DNA of 20,000 nucleotides. Source: an uncultured virus (IMG/VR IMGVR_UViG_3300028364_000031). Taxonomy: Duplodnaviria; Heunggongvirae; Uroviricota; Caudoviricetes. The DNA is taken from the IMG/VR virus record IMGVR_UViG_3300028364_000031; one strand, given 5' to 3'. Under the pieces are notes generated by a model. That model was not told where the DNA came from and did not search any database. It saw nothing but the letters and a program-made list of their open reading frames with translations. The translations under genes were made by a program, and so were the position numbers. Shown piece by piece: positions 1-7,438 of the stretch (position 1 is the first letter of the stretch; each line of letters starts with the position of its first letter).

Positions 1-2
1 CT

Positions 3-347
3 AAACAAGATGTTCGTGATGCAATGGTATTAGGTACGAGTTTACCACCTTCTGCTAATTCTATAGATCAAAAGCTCGACGATAGTATAACCGCACACCA
101 AACTAACGCGTTGGTCACAAATGATATACAGTCTAGAATAACTAGTTTACAATTCAGTTTAGGTCAAACTACCGAACTCATTGAAATACTATTAAAGTAT
201 TCTAGAAATAGAACGAGGGTTGATACTGATGACAACACTCTAACCGTGTATGAAGATGATGGAACAACCGCAATTAGAGTCTTTGATCTGTTAGATCGTA
301 ACGGCGCACCTAGTAGTGATGATGTTGTGGAAAGGTTGCCAAGGTAA
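3..347 (+). CDS. C-terminal part of a probable phage virion protein (5'-partial)
   Basis: The frame is open from the window edge (KQDVRDA-MVLG...). The C-terminal NRTRVD..TLTVYEDDGTT..VFDL..ERLP motif resembles ends of large-myophage virion proteins (from memory). Confidence 0.7.
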   Translation, partial: KQDVRDAMVLGTSLPPSANSIDQKLDDSITAHQTNALVTNDIQSRITSLQFSLGQTTELIEILLKYSRNRTRVDTDDNTLTVYEDDGTTAIRVFDLLDRNGAPSSDDVVERLPR

Positions 348-352
348 ACTCA

Positions 353-742
353 GTGTTACCAGCAAGAACATCAATAATAACTGGGGGTCTTGGTGTAGGC
401 TCAACACCCGGAATCCTAATTTTAGGTCTTTCTAGACTAGCTCTAGGATTTGTTGGTACGACTCCCACCCCCACAATCACCCCTACGCCTACAATCACTC
501 CTACCCCAACACCGACACCACAATCTGTGGGTGGAGGCGGTGGAGCAAGTGTAAGAGCGGAAGAGGAGGAAGAGAAAAAATTAGCCACGGTGAAATTCAA
601 AGTGGTAATTAAAGGAACTACCTCCCGCAATACAATAAATATGGATGTTGATAGACACAAAAACTATGTAGATATCATGAAGAAGCTGAAAAACTTCTCA
701 TGGACTCCTAAAATAACCAAGAGCTTATCAAAATGGAAATAG
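353..742 (+). CDS. Hypothetical protein with hydrophobic N-terminus and Pro/Thr-repeat linker
   Basis: 129-aa ORF tightly packed between co-oriented ORFs; contains TTPTPTITPTPTITPTPTPTP followed by GGGGG. Confidence 0.7.
   Translation: MLPARTSIITGGLGVGSTPGILILGLSRLALGFVGTTPTPTITPTPTITPTPTPTPQSVGGGGGASVRAEEEEEKKLATVKFKVVIKGTTSRNTINMDVDRHKNYVDIMKKLKNFSWTPKITKSLSKWK
461..520 (+). repeat. Coding Pro-Thr low-complexity repeat
   Basis: Degenerate ACN-CCN codon repeats encoding (TP)n and TPTI. Confidence 0.85.
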
Positions 743-1350
743 CAGTAACAGTACCATACGAAATTAAAATCGACGCGGAAGGTATTAATCTAGATACCTT
801 TGAGTGTTTCTTTGTCATTTTTAGTGATACGGTTTCGTATGGGGTAGAACTAGTCAAGAAAGAAGAGTTTTATATTTTAAAAGTCCCAAAAGAATTATCA
901 TTCTTGAACGGAAAACCCCTAAAGTATGAAGTACAAGTTAAAAAAGAGAACGCTATATTTCCCGCATCAACGGGTGAACTAACAATATTAGGAATAGTCC
1001 CTGACCAATTTAAGGTAGAAATAAAAGCACATAATGTCGATGCCAAGGTGAAGCAAGATGTTGAGGTAAAAGGTGAAGGGGATAAGGCGGTTAAGAAGAA
1101 GGTTGAAGCCACGGAAGAGCCTGTAGCAAAAGAGAATAGTTCAGAGAAAAAGAAAGTAAAGGAAGATGTGGACCCGTTGAAGGATCACACACCAGAAAAA
1201 CTTTCTCGAACTAATAAGAGCCGTGTTGTTGATTCGATAGACGAACCTACAAAATACACATTCTTTAAAAATATTTTAGAGAGTAGACAACAAGAGCCAG
1301 ACAATCTTAACACAAAAGTTAAAAACATCTTAAAAGATTTTAAAACTTAA
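733..1350 (+). CDS. Hypothetical protein (beta-rich N-domain, charged C-terminal region)
   Basis: 205-aa ORF with ATG start overlapping the end of the previous ORF; last gene of the + strand block. Confidence 0.8.
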   Translation: MEIAVTVPYEIKIDAEGINLDTFECFFVIFSDTVSYGVELVKKEEFYILKVPKELSFLNGKPLKYEVQVKKENAIFPASTGELTILGIVPDQFKVEIKAHNVDAKVKQDVEVKGEGDKAVKKKVEATEEPVAKENSSEKKKVKEDVDPLKDHTPEKLSRTNKSRVVDSIDEPTKYTFFKNILESRQQEPDNLNTKVKNILKDFKT

Positions 1351-1468
1351 TAAATCCCACCTTTTCCTTCTGTTAAAGTGTCCATAATTTTCGTGTTTAT
1401 ATCTAGTCCATGAATAGTTACTAAAAATCTATTTAAATCTTTAATTTTGTGAACAAGAGGAACTATAA

Positions 1469-1681
1469 TTTCCGCAGCGGATGTCTGTGCATACTCGATT
1501 GCAGTCGAGCATATACACAAGTCTCCTTGCTTAGATGACTGGATTTGAACCAGCGACTTCCACCCTCTAGGCGGCACTCTGACCTGACTGAGCTACATCT
1601 AACTTTGTGAGCACTGCAAAATTGCAATACTTCTGAATACTTCGGATTTCACCAGCACATCTTGCAAGATGTGCTGGTTAC
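1469..1681 (-). ncRNA. Structured RNA module A with embedded tRNA-like core
   Basis: Minus strand order: 28-nt perfect palindrome (1651-1678), ATTCAGAAGTA, hairpin, TGCTC, AAAG, tRNA-like core, CAAGGAG, hairpin, ATCCG-CTG-CGGAAA. Module B has the same order. Confidence 0.7.
1531..1602 (-). pseudogene. tRNA-like element with 5-nt anticodon loop and no encoded CCA
   Basis: TTAGATG-TA-GCTC AGTCAGGTCA GAGT-G-CCGCC TAGAG GGTGG-AAGTC-GCTGG TTCAAAT CCAGT-CATCTAA-GCA. Confidence 0.8.
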
Positions 1682-1899
1682 TTTCCGTTGCGGATATGCC
1701 TAAACATGTTCATAGGCTCCTGAGTATGATGGTTGGGCTTGAACCAACGACGCCCGCTTGTTAGCGGTGCTCTACCAACTGAGCTACATCAAACTTTTTT
1801 CGAGCATTATAATACAGTATTATAATACTTCTGAATTTAAAGGCCGTGGTGGAAAGGTTATTTACGGTGTAAAAAGTTTAACCACCACGGTGCTACTTT
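1682..1899 (-). ncRNA. Structured RNA module B with embedded tRNA-like core
   Basis: Minus strand order: AAAGTA, CCGTGGTGG/CCACCACGG hairpin, ATTCAGAAGTA, hairpin, TGCTC, AAAG, tRNA-like core, CAGGAG, hairpin, ATCCG-CAA-CGGAAA. Confidence 0.7.
1725..1793 (-). pseudogene. tRNA-like element with 4-nt anticodon loop and no encoded CCA
   Basis: TTTGATG-TA-GCTC AGTTGGTA GAGC-A-CCGCT AACA AGCGG-GCGTC-GTTGG TTCAAGC CCAAC-CATCATA-CTCA. Confidence 0.8.
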
Positions 1900-1929
1900 A
1901 CAAGCGCAATCTACATTTCGTATATCTAG

Positions 1930-2130
1930 TAGCATTTAGAATATACAGACTACGCCAGTTTACTACATTGTGTCTGATCTTTACGTAGGCACAATTTTTT
2001 TACTGCTTCAAGCTCATTTATTATGCAGTACCTTTAAATGCTATCAGCTAGTACCTGATCACATCCAAAAATACAAATGAGCCTGTTTATTACATTGTGG
2101 CAGAGCGGCTGATTGCTTTTTTTACCACAA
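1930..2130. ncRNA. Candidate structured intergenic RNA with possible pseudoknot
   Basis: Nested complementary segments 1930-1938/2035-2043, 1967-1975/1987-1995, 2001-2006/2025-2030 and 2095-2100/2125-2130. Loop segment 2012-2019 is complementary to 2075-2082. Confidence 0.4.
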
Positions 2131-2160
2131 CAGCTATATTACATCAACTGCTATTATTTG

Positions 2161-2964
2161 TCAACGCTTTTTTGTGGGAAGTTTCTTAAAAGAGTAATTA
2201 TCAAACCCTTTGGAAGCCGCTAGGCTTTTGTCATCCACTTCAGCCATCATAGGCTCACTCATAAAAGTTGCAACAAATGAATGCAACTCTTGATATGCCG
2301 TATAAGGATCAATCATTTTTTGAATACCATATTCTTTAAGTGTGACATTTGTAGATAGACAATATTTACTACCGTAGTAGTACCTGCCCAAGTTTGTTAT
2401 GTAACTGCCGCAGAATATAAAAATTGGTGCGGCTAGGGATTTGAATAGCTCTGTAGCATCTACATCAATTTCTCCAACAATGTAATTACTATCCTCAAAA
2501 TGCTTTAAAAGAGTTTTTTCTGCCAATACCTGCCAGTGATTATCTAGCACTCCCACATTTGTTTTCCTGAAATGGAATAGGGAATAAACTTTACCAGCAA
2601 GTCCTAATATGGAATGCATAAATTCATATCCGGGGTAGCTTTTTAACAGAGTTTGCGCAATACGTGAGGCACCTAATATACCTTTTTGTTTTGGCTTTCC
2701 TAAAAATGTTCTATTTGCATCACCATTAAAAATGTCAATCACTTTACTAGAGTTAAACAAGTTCGCAACTTGTTCCTTTGCTTCAGATGATATCCCATTT
2801 CCTTCTAATTTATATGCATCAACAACATTATCATCTGTTGACCATCTATATGTGGGAACTTTTATAATGTCTTCGGCTGGTACTCTATGATAGGTAACCC
2901 TAGAATCATGCCCCATCTTCATAATGGAATCGTAATAGTCATGAGTTTTTGAAATTATTAACAT
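2161..2964 (-). CDS. Hypothetical phage protein
   Basis: 267-aa ORF with upstream AGGA RBS; N-terminal HDYYDS and C-terminal DPYTAYQE...KGFD..SF motifs are typical of a phage hypothetical family. Confidence 0.85.
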   Translation of the reverse strand: MLIISKTHDYYDSIMKMGHDSRVTYHRVPAEDIIKVPTYRWSTDDNVVDAYKLEGNGISSEAKEQVANLFNSSKVIDIFNGDANRTFLGKPKQKGILGASRIAQTLLKSYPGYEFMHSILGLAGKVYSLFHFRKTNVGVLDNHWQVLAEKTLLKHFEDSNYIVGEIDVDATELFKSLAAPIFIFCGSYITNLGRYYYGSKYCLSTNVTLKEYGIQKMIDPYTAYQELHSFVATFMSEPMMAEVDDKSLAASKGFDNYSFKKLPTKKR

Positions 2965-2991
2965 ATTATTATCCTATTATGTTTAAAAAAT

Positions 2992-3019
2992 TGGCGCACC
3001 CGGCATGAGCTACGGGCGC
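2992..3019 (-). pseudogene. Acceptor-stem-only tRNA remnant (Arg-like microhelix with GCCA end)
   Basis: GCGCCCG-TAGCTCATGC-CGGGTGC-G-CCA: 7-bp stem, start of the D arm, then the 3' end. Confidence 0.7.
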
Positions 3020-3055
3020 AATATTTTCACATTATAATCCACTTTTCCTAAACAG

Positions 3056-3286
3056 TCAAATATCCTCGGCATCGGTATATAAATCTTCTTCAAGAGAATC
3101 AATTTCATCTTCAAGAGAATCAATTTCATCTTCAAGAGAATGTATGAGCGCTATAATCTCTACCTGCCCCAGTTTTGATAGTTGGAGCGCTGTAGCATCA
3201 AAGCGCTTCTGCACAGCTTCATGCATGGCTTTTATGGATTCTTCTAATGCTTCTTCAGCATTAAGAGGTTTGAATTTCTTATTCAT
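3056..3286 (-). CDS. Small acidic coiled-coil hypothetical protein
   Basis: 76 aa, AAGGA RBS, internal 21-bp tandem repeat (SLEDEID x2 plus SLEED). Confidence 0.75.
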   Translation of the reverse strand: MNKKFKPLNAEEALEESIKAMHEAVQKRFDATALQLSKLGQVEIIALIHSLEDEIDSLEDEIDSLEEDLYTDAEDI

Positions 3287-3328
3287 ACTCTGATTCCTTT
3301 ATAATCTAACGTTTTAACAATTAAAAAG

Positions 3329-3401
3329 TGGCGAAACTGCGAGACTCGAACTCGCATTTATCCGTGCCCCGGACATCTTACCATTAGAAGAAGTTTCGCC
3401 A
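3329..3401 (-). pseudogene. tRNA-like element with shortened anticodon arm, CCA-ended
   Basis: TGGCGAAACT/AGTTTCGCCA terminal stem, D-arm TCT-AATGGTA-AGA, TCCG-GGGCA-CGGA arm, T-arm GCGAG-TTCGAGT-CTCGC. Confidence 0.75.
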
Positions 3402-3410
3402 TTGGTTTCT

Positions 3411-3439
3411 ATTGTACTATAAAATCTACAATTTGTAAA
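3411..3439 (-). promoter_or_regulatory. Sigma70-type promoter
   Basis: TTTACA-17nt-TACAAT directly upstream of the tRNA-like element. Confidence 0.65.
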
Positions 3440-3455
3440 GATTTTATTTAAAAAT

Positions 3456-3532
3456 TGGTCTGAATGCCAAGATTTGAACTTGGGACAACCCACTTCCAAG
3501 GCGGGGACTCTACCAGACTGAGCTACATTCAG
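3456..3532 (-). tRNA. tRNA-Pro(TGG)
   Basis: Full cloverleaf, CCCGC-CTTGGAA-GTGGG anticodon arm, ACCA end. Confidence 0.93.
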
Positions 3533-3576
3533 ATTGATTACAACATGCTTATTATAAAAGCACAACTACTATAATT

Positions 3577-3650
3577 TGGTGGAGGATAACGGAATCGAAC
3601 CGTTCGGTCGAGAATGCAAAACTCATCCTGTGCTCCCAACAACATCCCCC
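3577..3650 (-). tRNA. tRNA-Ala(TGC), atypical D arm
   Basis: GGGGGAT/ATCCTCC acceptor with G3:U70, loop TTTGCAT, T-arm AACGG-TTCGATT-CCGTT, ACCA end. Confidence 0.8.
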
Positions 3651-3657
3651 AAAAAAT

Positions 3658-3735
3658 TGGTACACCCGACGAGACTCGAACTCGCATCGTCCAGCTTGAA
3701 AGGCTAGCGCTCTATTCCATTTAAGCTACAGGTGT
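3658..3735 (-). tRNA. tRNA-Glu(TTC)
   Basis: ACACCTG/CGGGTGT acceptor, CTAGC-CTTTCAA-GCTGG anticodon arm, ACCA end. Confidence 0.9.
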
Positions 3736-3789
3736 GTTAAAAATATTTTAAGTATGCGCACAGTTTATCCACTATGCACATAGTTAAAA

Positions 3790-3873
3790 TGGTGGTACAG
3801 GTAGGACTCGAACCTACTAAGTCATAGACGCCAGATTCAGAGTCTGGTACTCTACCAGTTAAGCTACTTCCCT
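3790..3873 (-). pseudogene. tRNA with CTG (Gln) anticodon whose 5' acceptor strand is replaced by the end of the upstream CDS
   Basis: D arm, CCAGA-CTCTGAA-TCTGG arm, T arm and CTGTACC-ACCA end are intact. The 5' strand AGGGAAG pairs poorly and encodes the last codons of 3864..4490. Confidence 0.75.
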
Positions 3874-4490
3874 ATTGGTTTTAAGCGGTGGCCTACACCA
3901 ATGCCCGGTCTACCGGGGTATCCCTTTATGCCAATTACACCCCCATTATATGGGTATATTTTCTTGGTTTTTGTGTTGTGATTTCGCCACAAGTTGACAT
4001 CAATAACCTTGGGTGTTCTTTCTAAAACCCGATGGAGGGTATCAATAGCGTTACCACGAAGCCCTGTGGCACATAAGCTGGCATAATCTTTATTATTCAT
4101 CATCTTCTCAGCACCGTTTAAATGTTTGTACATGCTTGGTGCCTCTCCTACTAGGTCATGACTATTCAGCCATAAGTTACATGTTCGGAGCCACCACGGT
4201 GCATAATAGTCGTCATCTTCAATGATAAGAATATGATCAGACGCTTCAACATATTTTAAGCCTTCTGAAATGTTTCTAGCCTGAGTATTTTTTCCGCGTT
4301 CCCATAACGGCTCTGGTCGTATGTGCAAGATTTCCCATTTTGGAATGTCTGCTGGAATGTCCAATGGTTGTCTTCCATCATCGACAATAATCCAAGTTAC
4401 TGGACCCGAATAATCTTGTGTTTTCATATACTCAACACATTTCTCAAAAGCTTCCGGCCTTTCTCCGGTAGGGGTTATAAGTTTTAACAT
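3864..4490 (-). CDS. GT-A fold (family 2-like) glycosyltransferase
   Basis: LITPT..R, WIIVDDG and LIIEDDDYY (DxD) motifs. Confidence 0.85.
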   Translation of the reverse strand: MLKLITPTGERPEAFEKCVEYMKTQDYSGPVTWIIVDDGRQPLDIPADIPKWEILHIRPEPLWERGKNTQARNISEGLKYVEASDHILIIEDDDYYAPWWLRTCNLWLNSHDLVGEAPSMYKHLNGAEKMMNNKDYASLCATGLRGNAIDTLHRVLERTPKVIDVNLWRNHNTKTKKIYPYNGGVIGIKGYPGRPGIGVGHRLKPIGK

Positions 4491-5974
4491 TAGCGTCTTG
4501 GTCTGATTCTCAAAAACTCTTTTATTGGAGTTTGATTTTTGTGTGTAGTAGGAGTGGGGGGATTATATACTATTCCAACTTTTAGGTGATCGTTATTTTG
4601 GCTATCTCCACCACGGTACCAGTGGTAAAGGTACATTTCTTTTATGAGTGTCAACGGTATTCTTTTGTTATTCAAATCTTTATGGAGCTGATTATCCACT
4701 CCCAGAATATTTAAGTTTTTGTCTCGTGGTGAATGGTTAGAGAGTGTCGATTTTTTGAATCCCCCTATTTCTTTCCAAGCTTTCTTACTAAGCAATATAA
4801 CCATTCCACTAAGAGCTTCGCTCTTTTCTGGTCTGAACGACAATTGCTCATACGTGTTATAGTTGTGTTTTTTTAACTTATCTGATATAGTTCGATGTAT
4901 GGCAATATCATCTCCCGAATATTCATTGTGTAACTGCTTTTTGTTTCCAATTCTGTTTGTTAAGCATGTAAAGCATCCGGTATCGGGGTTATTTCGTATA
5001 GCTCTTTCAAACACTTCACCATAAAAAGAGTCCAAAAACAAAGTATCAGAATCTCGAAAAAGTGCCCAGCCTTCATCGGACAAAAGTTCCATAAAGCTGT
5101 TGTATGCTATTATTAGATTTTTATCTATTCGGAACGGAGTGTTTTCGAATATAATAAAATCCTTAACGGTTTTTGTAACCTGTTTATCCTTAACGGTTTT
5201 TATAACCTGTTTATCCTTAACATGTGGAATTACTTCCAAATACTTATTAAAAGCCCTTATATCTTTTCCCGACATTCCCCTTGGGGCTGAGTGTGATTTT
5301 ATGGTTATTCCACTATCACTCTTCCAAATACTGTAGTTTAAACTAAGCTGATCCCGTTTACTCGGCAGGGACATATAGTATTTATGCCACTGTTGGAAAA
5401 GCTCTTTGGTTTTTTCACTATTCCGATTGATAACTATCATTCCCGTTTCATACAATCCGTTATTTCTTGGATATCCCTGATCAACCAAAATCTTGGAATG
5501 TTGTAATACCAGTTTTCTATCATCTTTTTTAAGGTTTATGACCGCCGTCGCTTCCTCGTAAATACAGTTTCTAATTGGGTGATTAGAAATCATCATATCG
5601 TCATGTGTAGGATCATAGTTAAAGCATTCTAGGAACTGGTCTAGAGTTTCTTTTATCTCGATGTTACCATCAATGTATATACAGATGTCATATTCGTCAG
5701 AAATATATTCAGCATAATTCATTAATACTGCGTTTGCCCTGCGTTTGGGACATCGCACTTCTAACTCTCTGGGGTGTATTGGACGAACGTCCCAAGTATC
5801 TGATAGGATGCTCTCGTTGTCTGTTAAACAAATGAAGTCCCATCCACCAGTGGTCTCTTTTATACTAGGCTCTATTATAGTGTCGTACTGGCCTGTTATT
5901 ATGGTAAATATACATTTCTTATATTGGTTATATTTATTCATTTTAGCTGGTCTTTGGTGTTTTTCGTTCCACAC
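4490..5974 (-). CDS. Two-domain glycosyltransferase (DUF616-like N-domain plus GT2-like C-domain); start may be ATG at 5941
   Basis: N-domain FTIITGQYD, FICLTD, YIDGN, HPIRNCIYEEA and RDQLS motifs. C-domain FRDSD, IGGF, GVDN and YLYHWYR motifs. Confidence 0.85.
   Translation of the reverse strand: MWNEKHQRPAKMNKYNQYKKCIFTIITGQYDTIIEPSIKETTGGWDFICLTDNESILSDTWDVRPIHPRELEVRCPKRRANAVLMNYAEYISDEYDICIYIDGNIEIKETLDQFLECFNYDPTHDDMMISNHPIRNCIYEEATAVINLKKDDRKLVLQHSKILVDQGYPRNNGLYETGMIVINRNSEKTKELFQQWHKYYMSLPSKRDQLSLNYSIWKSDSGITIKSHSAPRGMSGKDIRAFNKYLEVIPHVKDKQVIKTVKDKQVTKTVKDFIIFENTPFRIDKNLIIAYNSFMELLSDEGWALFRDSDTLFLDSFYGEVFERAIRNNPDTGCFTCLTNRIGNKKQLHNEYSGDDIAIHRTISDKLKKHNYNTYEQLSFRPEKSEALSGMVILLSKKAWKEIGGFKKSTLSNHSPRDKNLNILGVDNQLHKDLNNKRIPLTLIKEMYLYHWYRGGDSQNNDHLKVGIVYNPPTPTTHKNQTPIKEFLRIRPRR
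5160..5221. repeat. 27-bp tandem duplication in the inter-domain linker
   Basis: CCTTAACGGTTTTT(G/A)TAACCTGTTTAT x2 plus partial copy, encoding VKDKQVIKT VKDKQVTKT VKD. Confidence 0.9.
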
Positions 5975-6019
5975 TAATATATATATACTTAGGTATACGC
6001 AAATGTGTTGCTTTATATC

Positions 6020-6775
6020 ATGAATGATCCAAGTATTCTATTCCTCTCGTGCGCAAATGCCGCGTATTACAAATTCGTTACACCTTTCTTGTACAGTGTT
6101 TTGACAACACAAGAAAATTCTAAAGCGGAAATATTTCTGGAATCAAAAGAAGATTTCTACAACACTCACGGTAAAGAAATAGAGGTGTTGAATGAGATAT
6201 TAGGAGATCGTTTCGTTCTTAACGAGAAAAGTTTCAAAGGTGTAATACCGCATGCTGTTAGATTTCTATACGAGCCTGAAACCAAATGTGACTATGTATA
6301 CATTTCAGATGTCGATATTTTTTTCACAGAGTACAACGTTTTGGGGTCACACCGGAAGGCTATGGAAGAAAGTGGTCAGAGTTTTTCTAACATAGTTCGG
6401 AAAAACACATGTAGGTTGACTGGGCTACATGTTACCAAGTGGGATTCGTTTTACCCTATCCCGAGCCACGAAGAAATAATTTCTGAGTGGAAAAACGATG
6501 AACAAATTTTATATCACCTAGTCAAAAAAAAGTTGGGGGAGGAACCGAGAAAGGACTTAGTCTTTAGGCCCGTACATGGAATCCACACGAGTCCTAATAG
6601 GAAAATTGCGAATGGTATTAATGGTCAGTCGTGGGAAATAGATAAACCCAAGGCAATCAATTGGGTAGCACTTACTCGAAACCCGGAATGGCGAGCAATT
6701 TCGCAACATTTGGGTAAGGTATATTTATCAATAATGTCGGAAATTGATTTGTATATAAAACGGTACGGTTTGTGA
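6020..6775 (+). CDS. Putative GT-A glycosyltransferase (ATG at 6020 preferred)
   Basis: RFLYEP..DYVYISDVDI (DxD) and DEQILY motifs; only + strand gene inside the cassette. Confidence 0.75.
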   Translation: MNDPSILFLSCANAAYYKFVTPFLYSVLTTQENSKAEIFLESKEDFYNTHGKEIEVLNEILGDRFVLNEKSFKGVIPHAVRFLYEPETKCDYVYISDVDIFFTEYNVLGSHRKAMEESGQSFSNIVRKNTCRLTGLHVTKWDSFYPIPSHEEIISEWKNDEQILYHLVKKKLGEEPRKDLVFRPVHGIHTSPNRKIANGINGQSWEIDKPKAINWVALTRNPEWRAISQHLGKVYLSIMSEIDLYIKRYGL

Positions 6776-6784
6776 GAAATGTAT

Positions 6785-7438
6785 TTAGTTCCGCAGTCGC
6801 AGGGTTTGCACTGCTTGTTTCAGATGTTCCTCAATATCCGAAACTTTCCAAAGCATCATATATCTGTCTCCACCACCATCTATAACGCTCTCTACGCAAG
6901 ATGTCGCTGGTAAGTTAAAGGGAGATTTAGTGAGATCAAAATACCTCCACTGTCCCGTCTTTATGTCTTTGTTCTTAAAGTTGGTTTGTGTTATATGGCT
7001 TGTAATCATCACGTACTTACTATTTGAAAGTAGCACATTTTCAAACACTTTGGCTATATCGCCATAAGAAAGATGGAACAAGCAATCTCTACAGAACAGT
7101 AAATCTCCTGTAGGGAGAGGGTCATTAACCAAGTCGATCTGAATAAAAGATATATTTTCAGTAGAAAATTGTTTTTTGTTCGCTTCTACCGCTCCTACCA
7201 CTATGTCTCCACCAACATACTCTATGTTCCATGGAACGCTTTTCATCCAGTAAAAGTCTCCACACGGAATGTCTAAGAATTTTTTAATGTCATATTTTTT
7301 CACAATGGTGGGGATAGCTGATCGTAGTGTTTTCGTTCTTTCCATTCCAGAACTTGGCCCACTACGAGATTCTTCACCCTTCCAAGAGTTTTTTTCGTAG
7401 ATGTTGGTAAAAATTGTTTCGCTATTCATATGACTCAT
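6785..7438 (-). CDS. Class I SAM-dependent methyltransferase
   Basis: FTNIY..NSW..SRSGPSS, FLDIPCGDF, YVGGDIV and DLLFCRDCLFHL motifs. Confidence 0.9.
   Translation of the reverse strand: MSHMNSETIFTNIYEKNSWKGEESRSGPSSGMERTKTLRSAIPTIVKKYDIKKFLDIPCGDFYWMKSVPWNIEYVGGDIVVGAVEANKKQFSTENISFIQIDLVNDPLPTGDLLFCRDCLFHLSYGDIAKVFENVLLSNSKYVMITSHITQTNFKNKDIKTGQWRYFDLTKSPFNLPATSCVESVIDGGGDRYMMLWKVSDIEEHLKQAVQTLRLRN

Noticed and set aside
310..660. Minus-strand ORF with (GV)n repeats
   Set aside because: Antisense shadow of the Pro/Thr-repeat gene, which fits the + strand operon
1531..1602. Functional tRNA-Ser(AGA) by reading loop CTAGAGG
   Set aside because: It needs a 4-bp anticodon stem, the segment is 2 nt short overall, and there is no Ser long variable arm or CCA
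1469..1724. Theta (HDV-like) ribozymes after the tRNA-like 3' ends
   Set aside because: I could not find the HDV nested double pseudoknot or a UCCUCG-like L3 loop in either trailer; another ribozyme class is not excluded
1469..1899. CRISPR array or T-box leaders
   Set aside because: Only two long units with short dispersed motifs, no repeat-spacer periodicity, no cas genes and no T-box GGTGGNACC antiterminator
1347..1988. Short ORFs 1347..1577 (-) and 1758..1988 (+)
   Set aside because: They overlap tRNA-like cores and structured repeats, with no RBS or protein-like features
3314..3565. ORFs translated across tRNA genes (also 16197..16421, 18100..18369, 18373..18666, 8321..8506)
   Set aside because: Artefacts of tRNA sequence on either strand
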